A stretch of 63,980 nucleotides of DNA, counting the filler. It is 10 parts of 10 records of this genome, joined end to end, with 100 filler letters (N's around TTAATTAATTAA, not from the genome) between each part and the next. Parts side by side here need not be neighbours in the genome. Positions count along the whole stretch, not along the records: positions 51,981 to 58,756 come from SRR31147125_63025; positions 58,857 to 63,980 come from SRR31147125_63212; 8 more parts are not named here. The stretch is one strand, 5' to 3'. Positions 51,981-63,486 of the stretch are shown here, piece by piece; the first letter of the stretch is position 1; each line of letters opens with the position of its first letter. Position numbers and translations under genes: made by a program. The notes beneath the pieces were generated by a model. The model did not search any database and was not told where the DNA came from. It worked only from the letters and a program-made list of their open reading frames with translations.

Positions 51981-52639
51981 TGTTTTTCGAAAACGCCCAA
52001 CACATTGGGTCCACCTTTCTCGGGTCCATGTGCTCCACCATCGAACCAAACAATTGCCAGGTCGCCGTAACGCGACATTAGCTCTTCAGTCATTCCCTCG
52101 CACATGCGGTTGTAATGTTTCTGCCGGTTTTCAGCAAATTTGCCTTCGCCGTCAACCATAAAATCGTGGATGCCATAAAACGAATTCCAGCGGATACCGA
52201 TGTAAATACCGGGAAGCACATCGTATTTCCTGCACGATTCCACAAAATCTTTTACGATATCGCCTTTGCCATTGCGCCATTTTACCGCTTTCAAACAGTA
52301 GGGATTTACATCGCTTTGGTAAAGAGCAAAACCGGTTTCGTGGGTGGCGGTGAGGATGGCAATTTTACACCCGGCGGCTTTTGCGGCTTTTACCCACTGG
52401 TCGGTATCCAAATTTTTCGGATTGAAAATATTTATGTCTTCAACTGGGGTAATCCTGTTTTCTCGTTGATTGTATTTTTTGTCGTCGAATACGTGCAGGT
52501 CGTAATGAAATACGGCTACCAGTTCGGCATTTTGCCAGTTTAATTGGGCTTGGGTTGGGATGGGTACTTCTGTATTATCCTGGGCTGTTAAAACACCCCA
52601 TCCTAAAAGTACTAGTGAAAAGACAATTATGATTTTCAT
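51981..52639 (-). CDS. GH29 alpha-L-fucosidase (3' truncated)
   Basis: PTQAQLNW, FNPKNLDTDQWV, LTATHETGF, VWFDGG; ATG 52639. Confidence 0.92.
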
Positions 52640-52692
52640 ACAATTATAATTTTTACTGAAATGTAATGTAAACGAATAGATTATACTCTTCA

Positions 52693-52911
52693 AAAACCTT
52701 TTTATTTCTTTTAACCTTAGTAGCATTAATTATCATTCATATAATAAAAACCTTATTAACCTTACCTATAAAATTTATCGTTTGATTGCATTCTGATAAT
52801 GTTTTATACAATTTCGGATATTATTCCCCAATTCTCATTCTGTATAAGGTTAATAAGGTTGGTATAGAATATAAATAATTAGCTACTAAGGTTTTTAAAA
52901 GATAAGGTTTT
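52693..52911. repeat. Long imperfect inverted repeat (MITE-like)
   Basis: AACCTTATTAACCTTA (52749-52764) / TAAGGTTAATAAGGTT (52845-52860); AACCTTAGTAGC (52713-52724) / GCTACTAAGGTT (52882-52893); outer AAAACCTT / AAGGTTTT. Confidence 0.7.
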
Positions 52912-53983
52912 ATTGAAATTTTAAGACATAACTAACCGTACAATCGCCGCCATAAATATTTGTTCCAGAGGGGACGTATAAGTACCATGGTTTGCCTTTT
53001 TTTAACAAAACCTGCGGGCGTTCGAACTTGGCATATTTTCGGTTTTTTGCTCCGTAATGAACAGCCACTTTACTCATATCAACATCGGTATAATCGTTAA
53101 TCCGGTGAAAACCTTTTTCATAATTATCAAAATGAATTCCGTCTGGTGAAGTCCAAAGTAAACCACCACCCGATTCTATCATTCCATGATTATCTGTGGT
53201 TAGCAAAGCAAATTTCCCGTTGTAAATAAATGCATAACCATCTTCAATATTACTGTTGTTTACCGTAACCGGAAATGGCATTTGCACATACGGCCCTTCC
53301 AAATTTTCGGCTACTGCCAGTCCCATTCGTGCTTTTTCCGATTTAAAATAAAGGTAATAACCACCATCGGGATGTTGCAAAAATGCAGGATTGTTCACAC
53401 CATTACTTGCCTTGTGGTTCCAGTATTTTGGATTATCGGGAGGTGTAAGTATTTTGCCATTATCGCCAGCCATTTCCCAGGGACCATACAAACTTTTCGA
53501 AGTTGCCAAACAGATATACTGATTGGATGGATGCTCCTCAATTCCATCGTTCATTATAAAAAACAGGGCATACAAACCATCCACTTTATGAATGGCAGGA
53601 TTATGAGCGGCATAAACTTTATGGACGGCCGGATTACACGGTGCTTTCCCATCGATATCGCCTTTTACCGCCACCTCGGAAAAGGTAAACGGACCTTCGG
53701 GAGAATCGCCCACGTAATGGGCAATCTCGCTGTGGGTACGCCATCCCGGGTCTACTTTTAATTCGCCGGGCCAGCGGGCAACAAAGAGATGAACTTTACC
53801 ATCGTCGCCCATAATTGGCGAGGTTCCCCAAATGGTATAGCCGGGCTCTTCAACGGCAATTCCCAGGTATTCCCAGTTGTCGGCAAAGGTTTTTTCTTTT
53901 TGAACGGATTGACATTTTGCGGTTGTTGAGAATATAATTCCCAACACAAAAATCACAGTAATTTTTATAATCGTTTTATTCAT
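52910..53983 (-). CDS. Five-bladed beta-propeller glycoside hydrolase (GH43/GH117-like)
   Basis: WGTSPI..DDGKVHLF, HNPAI, NNPA, IEDGY, FERPQ. Confidence 0.75.
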   Translation of the reverse strand: MNKTIIKITVIFVLGIIFSTTAKCQSVQKEKTFADNWEYLGIAVEEPGYTIWGTSPIMGDDGKVHLFVARWPGELKVDPGWRTHSEIAHYVGDSPEGPFTFSEVAVKGDIDGKAPCNPAVHKVYAAHNPAIHKVDGLYALFFIMNDGIEEHPSNQYICLATSKSLYGPWEMAGDNGKILTPPDNPKYWNHKASNGVNNPAFLQHPDGGYYLYFKSEKARMGLAVAENLEGPYVQMPFPVTVNNSNIEDGYAFIYNGKFALLTTDNHGMIESGGGLLWTSPDGIHFDNYEKGFHRINDYTDVDMSKVAVHYGAKNRKYAKFERPQVLLKKGKPWYLYVPSGTNIYGGDCTVSYVLKFQ

Positions 53984-54056
53984 ATTAGACCTTATCGCTT
54001 AATTATCAGTTTTATTCTAAATTAACTTTGTCCTGCCCGACTGGATTACAAAGCTT

Positions 54057-55259
54057 CTATTTTAATGTAAAGTGGATATTAAAAGAGTGCCCATTCTCTG
54101 CCATTGGCGACTCAAAAGCGCATGCACTATACATAACCAGTGGTTCGCCATTTTTATCGAGCAAAAGTTGCGGGCGTTCTAAACGGGCAACACGACCACT
54201 CGTACCGTTTTCCCATTTTATATTTAAATCTGAAGCCAAAGGATTATCGGCAGGCTCCCAGTTAATTCCGTCGGGCGATTTAAATAGCGCCATTGAATGA
54301 CCATGCCCCGTTATGTTACCCTTAAAATCGCGCACCAGGGCATAAAACGAGTTTCGTGCATTGTTGTACCAAATAAACGGATCTTCAGCCATAGCAATTC
54401 CACCATCTTCTTTTTCGACAATCAAAATCGGTTCAGGCTGCACTTCAAAAGGTCCGGTTGGAGAATCGGCAATCGCCACTCCGTGAATGGGTGCAAAGTG
54501 TTTTATATTCTGCCAGCTTTTAAATGCCATAATGTATTTACCGTCGGGGCGTTTTTCTACCGATGGATTTACCACCACAATATTTGCCACCGACAGATTG
54601 GTAGAATCGCCAAAATGTTCGTGCTCCGGAACATTGTAACCGTAGTTTGAAAGCGGTGCCAATATAGGTTTGTCTGGTCTTTTAAAATCTCCTGCAATAA
54701 GTTTTTCGAACGAATTAAATTCAATTACACCAATTCGCTGGTGACGCACCAACACGCCACGGTCGGTGCTTTTCTTTTCTGCGTACGGATCGTGGTTGCC
54801 CACGTAGTAGAGGTAATATTTCCCGTTAAACTTTTTTAGGTGAGGATTATAAACCGAAGCTCCGTCCCAGGCGTGAAACTCGCCATTGGCTTTTCGCCCC
54901 TGCAAAATAGTAGCAACGTAAGTAAAAGGACCTTCGGGATTCTTTGCAACTGCATAACAAAGTTCAGCATCGATTAACCATCCATTGTTAAACGGAAAAT
55001 CTTTGGGCCATCGACAATAAATCATGTGGTATTTTCCATCGTCGCCCTGTTGCACGCTTGCGCCCCAGGTAAACCAACCTTCGTGCTCCAGTTTCGATTT
55101 TTCGGAAACCGGCTGCATCATTTCCATAAAATTATAATCGGCAGGTTTAACTACTCTATTTTCCTTCTTCTGAACACTATTACAGGACAATAAAAACAGA
55201 AGCAAAATAAAATATGAAAAAATCTGAAACAACTTAGAAAATAAAATTAATCTAAACAC
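54057..55259 (-). CDS. Five-bladed beta-propeller glycoside hydrolase lipoprotein (GH43/GH117-like)
   Basis: Lipobox LLSC; WGASV..GDDGKYH, YNPH, VNPSV, AEDPFIW, LERPQL. Confidence 0.75.
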   Translation of the reverse strand: MFRLILFSKLFQIFSYFILLLFLLSCNSVQKKENRVVKPADYNFMEMMQPVSEKSKLEHEGWFTWGASVQQGDDGKYHMIYCRWPKDFPFNNGWLIDAELCYAVAKNPEGPFTYVATILQGRKANGEFHAWDGASVYNPHLKKFNGKYYLYYVGNHDPYAEKKSTDRGVLVRHQRIGVIEFNSFEKLIAGDFKRPDKPILAPLSNYGYNVPEHEHFGDSTNLSVANIVVVNPSVEKRPDGKYIMAFKSWQNIKHFAPIHGVAIADSPTGPFEVQPEPILIVEKEDGGIAMAEDPFIWYNNARNSFYALVRDFKGNITGHGHSMALFKSPDGINWEPADNPLASDLNIKWENGTSGRVARLERPQLLLDKNGEPLVMYSACAFESPMAENGHSFNIHFTLK

Positions 55260-55349
55260 GGTGGATTCTTTTTAAAATATTCACAAAGTTAAATTAGAAG
55301 CTTATTTTAAAACATGGATTCTACTATAAAATTAATGGATAATCTTACC

Positions 55350-56441
55350 TTATTCAGAAACAGCTACACCGACAAACGAATCGGCAGTTCCATAATACAA
55401 AAACCATTTGTTGTTGAAATAAACCAATCCTTCGGCAAAGGTTGTTCCTGCGGCATACTGACCGGTAATTTCATGCGGTAACGATGGTTTTAGAAACGGT
55501 TTATCTGAGCGAAAAATTACTTTTTCCATATCGTTTTTATCGAAAACCAATTTTCCAACCGAATACATTCCTTTAGGCAAATCCGGGTCTGAATCGTCTT
55601 CAGTTGAATTTTTACCGTTGTAAAGCAATACAATCCCTTCATCGGTCAATAAAGCAGGAGGGCCACATTCCACTAAATGGCTATCGAATTTTCCCGGACG
55701 AACAGGCGCAATAACTTTCAAATCACCGTTTTCATCCAGCAGAGGAGTCCAATCGATAAGATTATCAGACCAAGCCAGGTTAACAAAATGCTCGCCCCAA
55801 TACATCCAGTATTTACCGTTTATTTTGGCAGCCACAGGACGGTTATCTATCATTTGGGTAACAATTGAACCCGATTTCGACCACTGATTTAAAAACCTTC
55901 CACCGTGTGCTTTGGCAAAAGCGGGGCCTGTTTTTTTCCATTTCAGTAAATCGGTAGAAACCGCTACACTTAAACGGGCAACATCTTTATTCCACGAAGT
56001 ATAAACAACCACGTATTTTCCGTCGCCGGTTTCAACAACGCGCGGGTCTTCGCAACCTCCGGGATGATCGTATTTTGCCATGTCATCGTTGTCGGGATAC
56101 AAAACCGGTTCCGGGTGTTTTGTAAAATGAATGCCATCATCGCTCCAGGCTAATCCAATTCTCGATGTTCTTCCTCCTAAATGAGCGGCCGGATTATCTT
56201 CGCAACGCAGCAATAAATACACTTTACCATCTTTTACTACTGCTCCCGGATTAAAAACATCGGCTTTTTGCCAGTGCACTGTTTCATTCTTCACCGGACA
56301 AATAAAAGTAAAAGAAGAATCTGCTTTAACTATTGGATTTTCAGCAGGTTTTGTAAAAGAATCGAAAGTAAACGGAGTTTGTTTTTTAGTATTACAGCCA
56401 CACAGAAAAATACAAACTGCCAGAATTGGAATAAGTTTCAT
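55350..56441 (-). CDS. GH130 family mannoside phosphorylase / mannosidase lipoprotein
   Basis: VFNPGA, SRIGLAWSDDG, GGCEDPRV, VECGPP, TFAEG, YYGTADS. Confidence 0.9.
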   Translation of the reverse strand: MKLIPILAVCIFLCGCNTKKQTPFTFDSFTKPAENPIVKADSSFTFICPVKNETVHWQKADVFNPGAVVKDGKVYLLLRCEDNPAAHLGGRTSRIGLAWSDDGIHFTKHPEPVLYPDNDDMAKYDHPGGCEDPRVVETGDGKYVVVYTSWNKDVARLSVAVSTDLLKWKKTGPAFAKAHGGRFLNQWSKSGSIVTQMIDNRPVAAKINGKYWMYWGEHFVNLAWSDNLIDWTPLLDENGDLKVIAPVRPGKFDSHLVECGPPALLTDEGIVLLYNGKNSTEDDSDPDLPKGMYSVGKLVFDKNDMEKVIFRSDKPFLKPSLPHEITGQYAAGTTFAEGLVYFNNKWFLYYGTADSFVGVAVSE

Positions 56442-56607
56442 CGTTAGTTGTTTTGTTAGTTGATTTCAAATTTAAGAATTTTGTTTAAATGAGGATGGCT
56501 TCCATTACTTACGCCGGAGGCTGGATGCATTCCTTATTCTTTCAGCAAATCAATCTCAAGGATAGCATCGGTGCGTTTCCATCCTTTTCGCTTAAAGCGT
56601 GCCAAAT

Positions 56608-56652
56608 AAAGACCGGGGCTGCATATTTTGTATAAATACAGCCCCGGTCTTT
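56608..56652. terminator. Strong intergenic hairpin (terminator or RNA-processing stem)
   Basis: AAAGACCGGGGCTG / CAGCCCCGGTCTTT 14-bp stem between GH31 and GH130. Confidence 0.6.
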
Positions 56653-56697
56653 TTCTCATTGTTAAATTAGAATCTGGTTCCCGTTCTTCCGGCAAAC

Positions 56698-58756
56698 TTA
56701 CTTTATCATAAAATTCCAATCAACTTTATCATAAGCCCAATCGGTTTTCGCGGAAATTTCAAGTTTCCCTTCTCCATTTTCAACGGATAAAAGTGTTTGC
56801 GAAAATTCCCCTTTTTCGTAGTCATAAGTTGTCCCATCATCATCATACAAAACAAAGCTTCCTTCTTTTTCGCCGTAAACACGAACTTCCAGTGGCATTT
56901 TGTTAGTCCACTGCGAACCTTGGTGTATTTTGGAAATCATAGGAATAATACCGCCGTTTTTTACAAAAAGTGGAATTTTATCGAGACCGGGATTTACGGT
57001 AATAACTTCGCCGTTTCCTGCCAATTCTCCGGTGTAAAAATCGTACCAATTCCCTTTCGGAAGAATTACTTTACGTTCTACATCGCCGGCAAACATTGGG
57101 GCAACCAGAATATTATCGCCCATCATGTATTGGTCTTTCACCTCGCGCTTTACGGCTTCGGCATACGGATTATTGGTATCATCCAGTTCTCCCTTTTCTT
57201 CATCTACTTTTGCCAGGTAGCCATCAACCAATTCCATAGCACGAAACGGAGGTTTGCCCTCGAAATAATACTGTGCAAAGGTTGAATAAATGTACGGCAG
57301 TAACTGCATACGAAGGAAAGCCACATCCTGGCAAGCCTCATAAACATCAGGAAACGACCAAGGTTTTGTCCCTGATGCCCACGCATTTAACATGGCCATT
57401 GGCGAAAAACAAACCGATTGCATACGGCGCACCCATTCTTCCGAAGTTTTGCTGGCGCGAACTTCCGGGGTCCAAAGCAAACCAGAAAAGCCCGAATTAA
57501 TCAGTGCAGTTATAAAATCTTTATGCGAGTAGTAATCGTTATAAATTACATACGGATAAGAAACAGAACCGGCATTTGCCGCCCGAATTAATCCGTAAGA
57601 CCGTTCATTTTTCTGACGATAAATTTCATCGGTTAAAGTCATTAGCTGAACACCATAAGTTTGTCGCATTTGTTCGCCGTCGTGTCCCGATGGGAAGGTT
57701 GCAATGTCGGGCCACACCCATTGGTCGTAACCATCTACTTCGTCAACTTTGAAACCGCTCACACCAATATCTAACTGGTTTTCGAGCAAGTGTTTTTTGA
57801 AAATATTTCGTGCTTCAGGCATTGTATAATCGGGAACAGTACCGCACCAAACCGTATGCGAAGCGGTGTAATCTTTCATTGCTTTATCCAATTTCGAATC
57901 GGGCCACAAATACGGATTACACCACAAATTCAGATGAATTCCTTTTTCGGCCATTTCTTTGGCAAAACCGGCCGGATTGGGATAACGCCCTTTGTCCCAT
58001 TCGAATGTGCAGGGATAAGATTTGCTGTGCCATCCGGGTTCCAGTCCAACAACGTCAATCGGAAAATTTTTTGCAGCAAAACCTTCCACTTCATTTTTCA
58101 CATCAGAACCGGAATACAAGGTTGGCGTACGTTGCCAAAAGCCAAGCCCCCATTTAGGAGGAATAAAACCGCCCCCGCAATACAGGTTAAAGCGCTGTAC
58201 TACTTCCATCATATTTTTCCCGGTGAACAGTACCATTTCCACACCATCTTCAGGAATAACAAACTCAAGGTTATCGGAATAAGGACGCGCACTCCACGAA
58301 CGATCGGTATTTCGGTCTTTGGTTTCGGGTGGATTTTTACTGTCTTTTCTAATACCCGAACCTGCATAAACATCAATGTAACGGGCAGCGTTAATTAATA
58401 CACCATAACCTTTATCCGACACAAAAAACGGAACAGGTGCGTGTGTGCGGCCATTGTCTTCGCCACCATAATGGTCGACATGTAAACGCATAATTCGGCC
58501 ACGCTGGCGTACAGTTTTAAAATTCAAACCGAAACCATAAAGCTGCTCCTCTTTATCGAGTGGAAAACGCACGTAGGTACGCCCATTTTTTGTAAAAGCA
58601 GTTATCTCACTTTTTTCAACAGGAATTGGAGCATCGCCTAACTTTTCGATTGCCTCGGTTTTAGGCTGCTTTTTACTTACCGAGAGCAAATTAAAATCGG
58701 ATGGATTATTTACAAGGGCTTTCCAAACTCCCGGAAGCGTTTGCTCCCAAACCGGG
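56698..58756 (-). CDS. GH31 family glycosidase (5' truncated)
   Basis: LYGFG, APVPFFVS, PPKWGLGFW, GFKVDEVD, LRMQLLPYIYS, QYMMGDNILVAP, IPLFVKNGGIIP, LYDDDG. Confidence 0.92.
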
Positions 58757-58856
58757 NNNNNNNNNNNNNNNNNNNNNNNNNNNNNNNNNNNNNNNNNNNN
58801 TTAATTAATTAANNNNNNNNNNNNNNNNNNNNNNNNNNNNNNNNNNNNNNNNNNNN
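58757..58856. other. Artificial contig-joining spacer
   Basis: N44-TTAATTAATTAA-N44. Confidence 0.99.
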
Positions 58857-60193
58857 CCCTCTTCAATCCGGCCGACCTCCAGTACAAAGAGGTTGTCCGG
58901 CTGATCCCGCATGGGCCCGGGGTCGATCTGTGTTGATCGATCGTCATCCACGATGACGATGGCCCACAAGGGGATCTTCATCGCTCTGAGATCCCGGATC
59001 AATGCCTGCCGGCGGTCGTCCCAGCCCAAAAGGATGCAGATACAACTGCTGAACAGATGGATGTGCTGGAACAGAACCGGTGCCAGGGTGTCAAAGGGCT
59101 TGTCCGTGCAAGTCTGCACCGCCGCCAGTATCTCCAGCATGCTGCCGGCCGAGGAGATGCCCCGGCCGGCAGAGAAGCGATAGGGGCGATCGCCCACAAA
59201 GAGGAGGTCCATGAACGACTCCTGCGTTTGCAGGTTGCCCACAAAGGAGGCGGCCAGGGATACGGCCTCTTCAAAGGTGTCGCTACAGGTTTGATTGCTG
59301 AAGGTGTCGAGAATCAGTGCATGGCGCACGAAGTATTCGTCCTGATACTCTTTTATGATCGGTTCGTTTCGTTTGGCCGTGCTGCGCCAGTGAATATGGC
59401 GCATGGCATCGCCGGGGCGATAGTCCCGCAGCGAGATGAATTCATCCTGGTTGCCCACGGAAGATGCGCGGTTCACGCTCCCCGAGTGATATCTTCGGGC
59501 ACCCGTCAGGCGAATGGGGGGCAGCCGGTACTGCTTCGGCAGGACGAGCACCTTTTGTCGGACCGGAATCGTGGACAGGGTATTGAACAGGCCCAGGGGA
59601 TCCGCGCGGGCGATGTCGATACCGGTAAAGTAGATATAGCCACGGCTCCTGGGAGTCACCGTGACTTGTGCTTCGGCCCTGCCGTTTGGCCCGAGATGAG
59701 GAATGGCGTGGGGACGGTCATCGATGTTGCGGTTGCGGCCGATGAGCCACAACCAACGATAGTAGAGTATTTTTCGATCCCAGATGTTGCGCGCCGCTTC
59801 GCCCGGTTCTCTGGCCCGCATGAGCTCTTCCAGCGTGGGGCGCGGGTCGGTTGTGTTTTCATAGAGACTCAGGCCGGCCTGGTTTTTGCCGGAACGGTTT
59901 TCGATAGTGATACGGTAGACAAGTTTGTGGCCGACCATCGCGTAGGTGGGCAGTTTCCGGATCGCCGTGATGGAGATCCGCCGGAGACGCCTGGCCCATA
60001 GGAAAGAGAGAAGCACAAGGGCCGCCCCCCATGTAAAGACCTGATAGATCATGCTTTTGTGGGTATCCATGCCGAGGATGGCGACAATGACGACCGTGTT
60101 GACCAGGATCAGACCGGGCAGGGTGAGATGCCGCCGGCGCCACTGTTCAGCGAGGTAGAAAAAACGGTAGCTCTTGTACAGAAAATGCTTCAT
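58857..60193 (-). CDS. DUF58 domain protein (3' truncated)
   Basis: RG...ADPLGLF, LRDYRPGDAMRHIHWRSTA, FEEAVSLAAS. Confidence 0.9.
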
Positions 60194-60230
60194 TGCCTCT
60201 CGCCCCTTCACCCGTCTTCATCCATTCGGG

Positions 60231-61181
60231 CTATGACGGCACACGGATCGTCTCCACGATCTCTTCGATGACGCGGCCGGCGGTCTTACCCGAAAACCTG
60301 GCCTGGGGTTCGAGTACGAGCCGATGGGCGATGACGGGCCTGGCCAACTCCTGGATGTGATCGGGTGTGACGAAATCGAAACCGTCAAAGAGTGACAGCG
60401 CCTTTGCGGTCTTCATCAGGGCGAGGGAGGCCCTGGGGCTTGCGCCCGTCAGTACGCCGGGAAACGATCGGGTGGCGTTGACGATCTCGACGATATAGTG
60501 CTTCAGTTCATCGCTGATGTGCACGTCGTCGATCAGGCTCCTCAGCGAAAGGACATCCGCCGGGGTCACGCACGCGCCAACACTATCGATGGGATGCCCG
60601 TGGCTTTGTGACGTCAGTATGCGTGTCTCTTCTTCGGTGGAGACATACCCCAGGCTGGTCTGAAGCGTAAAGCGATCCATCTGCGATTCGGGCAGCGGAT
60701 AGGTGCCATGCGACTCGATGGGATTCTGGGTGGCGATGACAAAGAAGAGGTCGTCCAACTGATACCATTTGCCGTCGATGCTCACCTGTCTTTCGGCCAT
60801 GGCTTCGAGCAGGGCCGACTGGGTTCGCGGTGAGGCGCGGTTGATCTCGTCGGCCAGCAGGATCTGGGTGAAGATGGGGCCTTTGTGCAACCGGAAGAGT
60901 TGCGCTTTGGCGTCAAAGATGGAGACGCCGGTGATGTCGGACGGCAGCAGATCGGGTGTAAATTGGATGCGCTTGAAGGGCGCGTCGATGGAGAGGGCCA
61001 GGGTTTTGGCCAGGGTTGTTTTTCCGGTGCCCGGGTTGTCCTCCAACAGGATGTGGCCGCCGACGGCAAAGCCGGCCATCACCAAACGGATGGCGTTGTC
61101 CTGACCATGCATCACCTTTTGGATGTTGTTTTCAATCTTTCGATAGATGGGGTCAGCGATGGCCTGATTTGTATCGTGCAT
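60231..61181 (-). CDS. moxR: MoxR family AAA+ ATPase
   Basis: GHILLEDNPGTGKT, RIQFTPDLLPSD, LADEINRASPRTQSALLEAM, ATQNP, YPLPESQMDRF. Confidence 0.95.
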   Translation of the reverse strand: MHDTNQAIADPIYRKIENNIQKVMHGQDNAIRLVMAGFAVGGHILLEDNPGTGKTTLAKTLALSIDAPFKRIQFTPDLLPSDITGVSIFDAKAQLFRLHKGPIFTQILLADEINRASPRTQSALLEAMAERQVSIDGKWYQLDDLFFVIATQNPIESHGTYPLPESQMDRFTLQTSLGYVSTEEETRILTSQSHGHPIDSVGACVTPADVLSLRSLIDDVHISDELKHYIVEIVNATRSFPGVLTGASPRASLALMKTAKALSLFDGFDFVTPDHIQELARPVIAHRLVLEPQARFSGKTAGRVIEEIVETIRVPS

Positions 61182-61445
61182 GCCGTTGTCCTATTTATGA
61201 TGATTGCCCGGTCTGCCGACACGTCTGATGTGCGCTTCGAATGCCCGGAAAAGCGCCTGCTGCCGACAAAGGATTCGCATTAATTCGTACCACTATATCG
61301 AGAACCTTGCCAGCGTCTTGAGTTTTCGCCTGGGACGATTTTGGTGAATCTATAATTTTCGAACGCGATTAGACGCACCTCTCCTTACCGTATTAAAACG
61401 AAAGAACAGCGATTGTTTTAATCCGATCAGTCCACTGGCAGTCGG

Positions 61446-62633
61446 CTACCTTCCGACGGCAGAGTCCAAATCCATCACAAGCAGGGCGGTAGCTGCATCA
61501 CGCTCCAGCAGAATAACTTTTGCTTGCTTTAGAAGGTTGAATCGGGTCGCTGATGCTGATGTGTAAGCACCCATCATATGACCGATCAGCAGATCACCGA
61601 TCTGAAGGAGGGGAAGTGAGACATCTTCGGCAATCAGATCGATACTGTCGCAGGTCGGCCCTGCGATAACGCTGGGAAACCTGCGACCATTGTCGGAAAA
61701 AATCTCCAACGGATAGCGTGCATGATCGAAAATCTGGCCGCTGAAAGACCCGTAGACGCCATCATCCAGATAGTACCATTGCATACCTGATCGCATGGCT
61801 TTGCCGACGATGGTGCTTACGCAGGTCATGGCCGGTCCTGAGAGAAAGCGCCCCGGTTCGGCAATGACGCTCACATGGGAGGGCAGGGCTTTCAAGGCCT
61901 GGCGGATGGGCGCACAGTAGCCGTGAATGTCCACATTGCCGCTGTCATAGGCGATGGGGAATCCGCCGCCGATGTCCAGGGTGCTCATGGGTGCGGCGCC
62001 GGTGTCATGGTGCCGGCGAATCAGTTCGGCGCAGGCGTGAATGGCGTCAACCTGTCGGCTGGCATCACTGCATTGGCTGCCCACATGAAAACAAAGTCCC
62101 TTGATATGGATGCCCAGGCGGGCTGCCAGGGCGAGCATATCCGCAGCCTCGTCCACCGAGCATCCGAATTTTTTGGACAGATCCACGACGGCAGCGCCAC
62201 TACGGAAACTGAGACGTATTAAAAGGCCCACACGGTTTTTATAGGGCAGAAACTTCAACAGCTCGTCTGTGTTATCTACGACAAACGTCGTACAGCCGTA
62301 CCGCAGGGCGTCCCGGATGTCACTGTCCCGTTTTATGGGATGGGAGTGAAGTGTGCGCCGGCCTGAAATATTCAACTGGCGAAGCAACTCAATCTCGCCG
62401 GTAGAGGCCACATCGAAGCATGCCCCCATGCCGTCAAGCAGGGACAATATGGCCGGGAGGGGCAACGATTTAATTGCGTAGTAAAACGAAACGCCCGGCA
62501 AGGCGATGGCCAGATCGCGATATTGGCTTCTGACCGTATCGGCATCAAACAGGAGCAATGGTGAACCGTGGGTCTTCACCAGTTCCCGGTATAATGCGCC
62601 ATTTTCATATGATGAAAAATGAAGGGTATTCAT
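61446..62633 (-). CDS. Ornithine/lysine decarboxylase, alanine-racemase fold (type III PLP)
   Basis: YAIKS, FDVASTGE, KFGC, FHVGSQ, LDIGGGFP, IAEPGR, GPTCDS, GAYT. Confidence 0.9.
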   Translation of the reverse strand: MNTLHFSSYENGALYRELVKTHGSPLLLFDADTVRSQYRDLAIALPGVSFYYAIKSLPLPAILSLLDGMGACFDVASTGEIELLRQLNISGRRTLHSHPIKRDSDIRDALRYGCTTFVVDNTDELLKFLPYKNRVGLLIRLSFRSGAAVVDLSKKFGCSVDEAADMLALAARLGIHIKGLCFHVGSQCSDASRQVDAIHACAELIRRHHDTGAAPMSTLDIGGGFPIAYDSGNVDIHGYCAPIRQALKALPSHVSVIAEPGRFLSGPAMTCVSTIVGKAMRSGMQWYYLDDGVYGSFSGQIFDHARYPLEIFSDNGRRFPSVIAGPTCDSIDLIAEDVSLPLLQIGDLLIGHMMGAYTSASATRFNLLKQAKVILLERDAATALLVMDLDSAVGR

Positions 62634-62637
62634 CTTT

Positions 62638-63486
62638 TTACTTCCCGATAGCTGACAATATATACTGGGGCAATGCGAATGCCGCTTTATGGATCTCGGG
62701 TGTATAATATCGGGTTGTTACTCCCGATGCCGAAAACCGCGCTTTAATCGTATCGATGTCGGTCTGGCGCAAAGACAGATTATCAGTTGCCCAGGCAAAG
62801 GTCATGATACCGCCGACGTATGTCGGCACTGCCGCCGAATAAAAATGCCAATCGGCAAACAAGCCGGCAATCCTGCGGGCTGTCTGTTTAACTTCTTCCA
62901 GTTGCATAAAAGCCACCCCGTTTTGACTGACCAGGAGGCCGCCCTGGGTCAAGCTCTTTTTGCAGGCGGCATAAAACGGCTCCTGGAAAAGCACTTCACC
63001 CGGTCCGATGGGGTCGGTACTATCGCAGATGATGACGTCATACTTCTCAGTTGTATTGCTCACCCATCTTACGCCGTCGTCGATAACAATCCGTACACGG
63101 GGGTCGTCATAGGCGCCGTTGGAGTGGTTGGGCAGATGCTCCCGACACAGATCAATGACTGCCTGGTCGATTTCAACCTGGGTGATATGTTTGATAGTTG
63201 CGTGCCGGGTCACCTCACGCAGGATGCCGCCGTCTCCGCCACCGACGATCAAAATCCGCTCGGCATCGCCGTGAGCCAGAATGGGCAAATGGGTCATCAT
63301 TTCATGGTAGATGAACTCATCTTTTTCCGTGGTCTGGACCACACCGTCCAGGGCCAGCACCCGGCCGAACGCGGCATTGTGAAAGATGACGATATGCTGG
63401 TGGTCGCTTTTGATCTCAAAAAGCATTTCATCAATGCGGAACTCCTGCCCGTATGCATCATATAGTGTCTCACTGAATCTGGGCAT
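62638..63486 (-). CDS. speE: Spermidine synthase
   Basis: LDGVVQ, YHEM, VGGGDGG, VEID, DSTDP. Confidence 0.96.
   Translation of the reverse strand: MPRFSETLYDAYGQEFRIDEMLFEIKSDHQHIVIFHNAAFGRVLALDGVVQTTEKDEFIYHEMMTHLPILAHGDAERILIVGGGDGGILREVTRHATIKHITQVEIDQAVIDLCREHLPNHSNGAYDDPRVRIVIDDGVRWVSNTTEKYDVIICDSTDPIGPGEVLFQEPFYAACKKSLTQGGLLVSQNGVAFMQLEEVKQTARRIAGLFADWHFYSAAVPTYVGGIMTFAWATDNLSLRQTDIDTIKARFSASGVTTRYYTPEIHKAAFALPQYILSAIGK

Noticed and set aside
14244-58756. One fucose PUL combining contig 3 (GH95, GH168-like) and contig 9 (GH29)
   Set aside because: Separate contigs; physical linkage and shared genome cannot be inferred
6345-58856. TTAATTAATTAA repeated nine times
   Set aside because: Always centred in identical N-padded 100-nt blocks; a synthetic six-frame-stop linker, not a biological repeat
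59057-63465. Long plus-strand ORFs (59057-60001, 62689-63465 and similar)
   Set aside because: Antisense shadows of well-supported GC-rich genes
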